Origin: Candidatus Thorarchaeota archaeon
Lineage (GTDB): Archaea; Asgardarchaeota; Thorarchaeia; Thorarchaeales; Thorarchaeaceae
Direction of reading: 5' to 3'
Length of the DNA stretch: 64,000 nt
NCBI GenBank assembly: GCA_029855935.1
Contig: JAGSHN010000016.1
Location: 169,527-233,526, forward strand
Under the pieces are notes generated by a model that did not search any database, was not told the DNA's origin, and was given only the letters and a program-made list of their open reading frames with translations. The position numbers and the translations under genes are program-made. This document shows positions 61,895-64,000 of this stretch, piece by piece; position 1 is the first letter of the stretch, and each line of letters opens with the position of its first letter.

Positions 61895-64000
61895 CTCTCA
61901 CTCCCTTTCAATGAGGCTTCAATCTTTCAATACCTGCGTTTCCGCCACTAGGTAGAACACCTTCAGCGTTTTCAATCCTCTTAGTCTAGGCTTCGATCTC
62001 TCAACGATTGGCTCCTTGTTCACGATCTTCTCTCTTATGCTGTCCTTTCAATCCTCTTCAATGAGGCTTCGATCTCTCAACGGAGATACTGCCTGTCATG
62101 GTAAATGGGAGTGAAGGCCTTTCAATCCTCTTCTATGAGGCTTCGATCTTTCAACCTCCCAATCTGTGGGTGGTGACCAGTCCTGCCAAGACTCTTTCAA
62201 TCCTCTTCTATGAGGCTTCGATCTTTCAACAGTGGTTGTACCAGTCGAAGTCTTCGCAGGAGCGTCTTCCTTTCAATCCTCTTCTATGAGGCTTCGATCT
62301 TTCTACGCCGATTGTCGATGTTCGACTCCCAGTCGGCTGTACGGGCCTTTCAATCCTCTTCTATGAGGCTTCGATCTTTCAACAATCTGCGCTGGGCGGT
62401 CGAGGACTTTGTGCGACTACACTTTCAATCCTCTTCTATGAGGCTTCGATCTTTCAACCTGCCACCAAAGACACTGTACGCAAATCCGCCCTCTGCTTTC
62501 AATCCTCTTCTATGAGGCTTCGATCTTTCAACCTGCCACCAAAGACACTGTACGCAAATCCGCCCTCTGCTTTCAATCCTCTTCTATGAGGCTTCGATCT
62601 TTCAACAGATGATAGACCTGAAGAATCGACAGACACTGCTCATTGCTTTCAATCCTCTTCTATGAGGCTTCGATCTTTCAACGGAGGGAGAACTCCGTCA
62701 CTCTGAGGGCGGTGTCGTTGACAGCTTTCAATCCTCTTCTATGAGGCTTCGATCTTTCAACTGATTCGTCTTGAAGTTAGCCACACCTGTGACGTACACC
62801 TTTCAATCCTCTTCTATGAGGCTTCGATCTTTCAACCCGATTGTGCCGGTGCTGAGCCACTTGGTCTGTTCCTGTGCCTTTCAATCCTCTTCTATGAGGC
62901 TTCGATCTTTCAACGCTGAGGCCAGAGCGCTGATCGGCGCGCTATTGACACTCTTTCAATCCTCTTCTATGAGGCTTCGATCTTTCAACGCAGCCGTAGA
63001 GGCTGAGGCCGTGCTGGGCCTGAAGACTTTCAATCCTCTTCTATGAGGCTTCGATCTTTCAACCGCGGAGAGCGTGGCGAGATCGAATACAGCGACAGGA
63101 GCACTTTCAATCCTCTTCTATGAGGCTTCGATCTTTCAACCGCGCCCGCACCGAGCGTGGCCGAGAGACCAACATCAACTTTCAATCCTCTTCTATGAGG
63201 CTTCGATCTTTCAACTCCAGCTCGAAGTAGCCGGTTCTAGTCTACACTACTACGCTTTCAATCCTCTTCTATGAGGCTTCGATCTTTCAACAGCACGAGA
63301 ACAATATCATCGAACGTCACAAGATTGACTTTCAATCCTCTTCTATGAGGCTTCGATCTTTCAACGATAGACTCGCTGACGGAGGGGGTCTGATGATGAC
63401 TGCTTTCAATCCTCTTCTATGAGGCTTCGATCTTTCAACGGTATCACTGTCGTTGACCAGAACGGCCAGAGTACAACCGTCATACTTTCAATCCTCTTCT
63501 ATGAGGCTTCGATCTTTCAACATGCATTGCAGCGAAGGCCGTTCCCAGCGCGAATGCAACTTTCAATCCTCTTCTATGAGGCTTCGATCTTTCAACGCGC
63601 CCCCCGCCTTTCTATTGCCCGTCCAGATTGGGCTTTCAATCCTCTTCTATGAGGCTTCGATCTTTCAACACAGTGGCCACAGGCGCTTACCAGACCACAC
63701 TGACAGCCCTTTCAATCCTCTTCTATGAGGCTTCGATCTTTCAACGTGGCTTGATGTCGTACTGGTGCTCAAGACCTCCCAACCTTTCAATCCTCTTCTA
63801 TGAGGCTTCGATCTTTCAACGTCACACTAAGTGGGGTCCACTGACCCGCCACTGCTGCTTTCAATCCTCTTCTATGAGGCTTCGATCTTTCAACGCGTTG
63901 ATTGTAAGACGTCAGTACACCATCAACCCTAACTTTCAATCCTCTTCTATGAGGCTTCGATCTTTCAACCGACTTCGTGAAGCAGGGCGCAGCATCACAG
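61895..64000 (-). CRISPR. CRISPR array, 37-bp repeat, 28 repeats visible; continues past the window edge
   Basis: + strand repeat CTTTCAATCCTCTTCTATGAGGCTTCGATCTTTCAAC (minus: GTTGAAAGATCGAAGCCTCATAGAAGAGGATTGAAAG); spacers 36-45 nt; degenerate copies at 61895, 61969 and 62045 mark the trailer; ATTGAAAG 3' end implies minus-strand transcription. Confidence 0.98.

Noticed and set aside
62915-63178. Short shared words between neighbouring spacers (GCTGAGGCC; GAGCGTGGC)
   Set aside because: Only 9 nt in GC-rich sequence with unrelated flanks; compatible with chance
62098-63728. ORFs with recurring LSILFYEASIFQ / FQSSSMRLRSFN peptides
   Set aside because: They are translations of the CRISPR repeat, not proteins
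61932-64000. Self-targeting spacers within the window
   Set aside because: None noticed by eye; an exhaustive alignment could not be run, so this is not excluded

Overview
Archaeal chromosomal window, most likely Asgard (Thorarchaeia-like; inferred from gene content and a CPxCG...VEWVGP...CPYC zinc-ribbon ORF, not proven). Left to right: (1) membrane arm of a complex I/Fpo/group-4-hydrogenase-like complex (split nuoJ, nuoK, nuoL, partial nuoM); (2) a minus-strand run of PflX radical SAM, hypC, nucleotidyltransferase, DPM1-like synthase, GT87-like GT-C, GT4 and UPF0182; (3) an apparently catalytically dead YgeW/OTC-like carbamoyltransferase divergent from purB; (4) a lower-GC ~14.5 kb surface-glycan island (20.9-35.4 kb) with at least four decayed genes; (5) pyk/eno/apgM; (6) further glycosylation modules (GT4, Wzx flippase, large GT-C membrane protein) interrupted by a CopB P-type ATPase; (7) an M23-like exported protein, small unknown ORFs and a predicted structured non-coding segment; (8) the trailer end of a CRISPR array (37-bp repeat, 28 copies visible, running off the right edge). 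Most spacers read as coding sense on the + strand, suggesting crRNAs antisense to mRNA (type III-like). No cas, rRNA or tRNA genes were recognised. All family calls come from motif recognition by eye, not from database searches.
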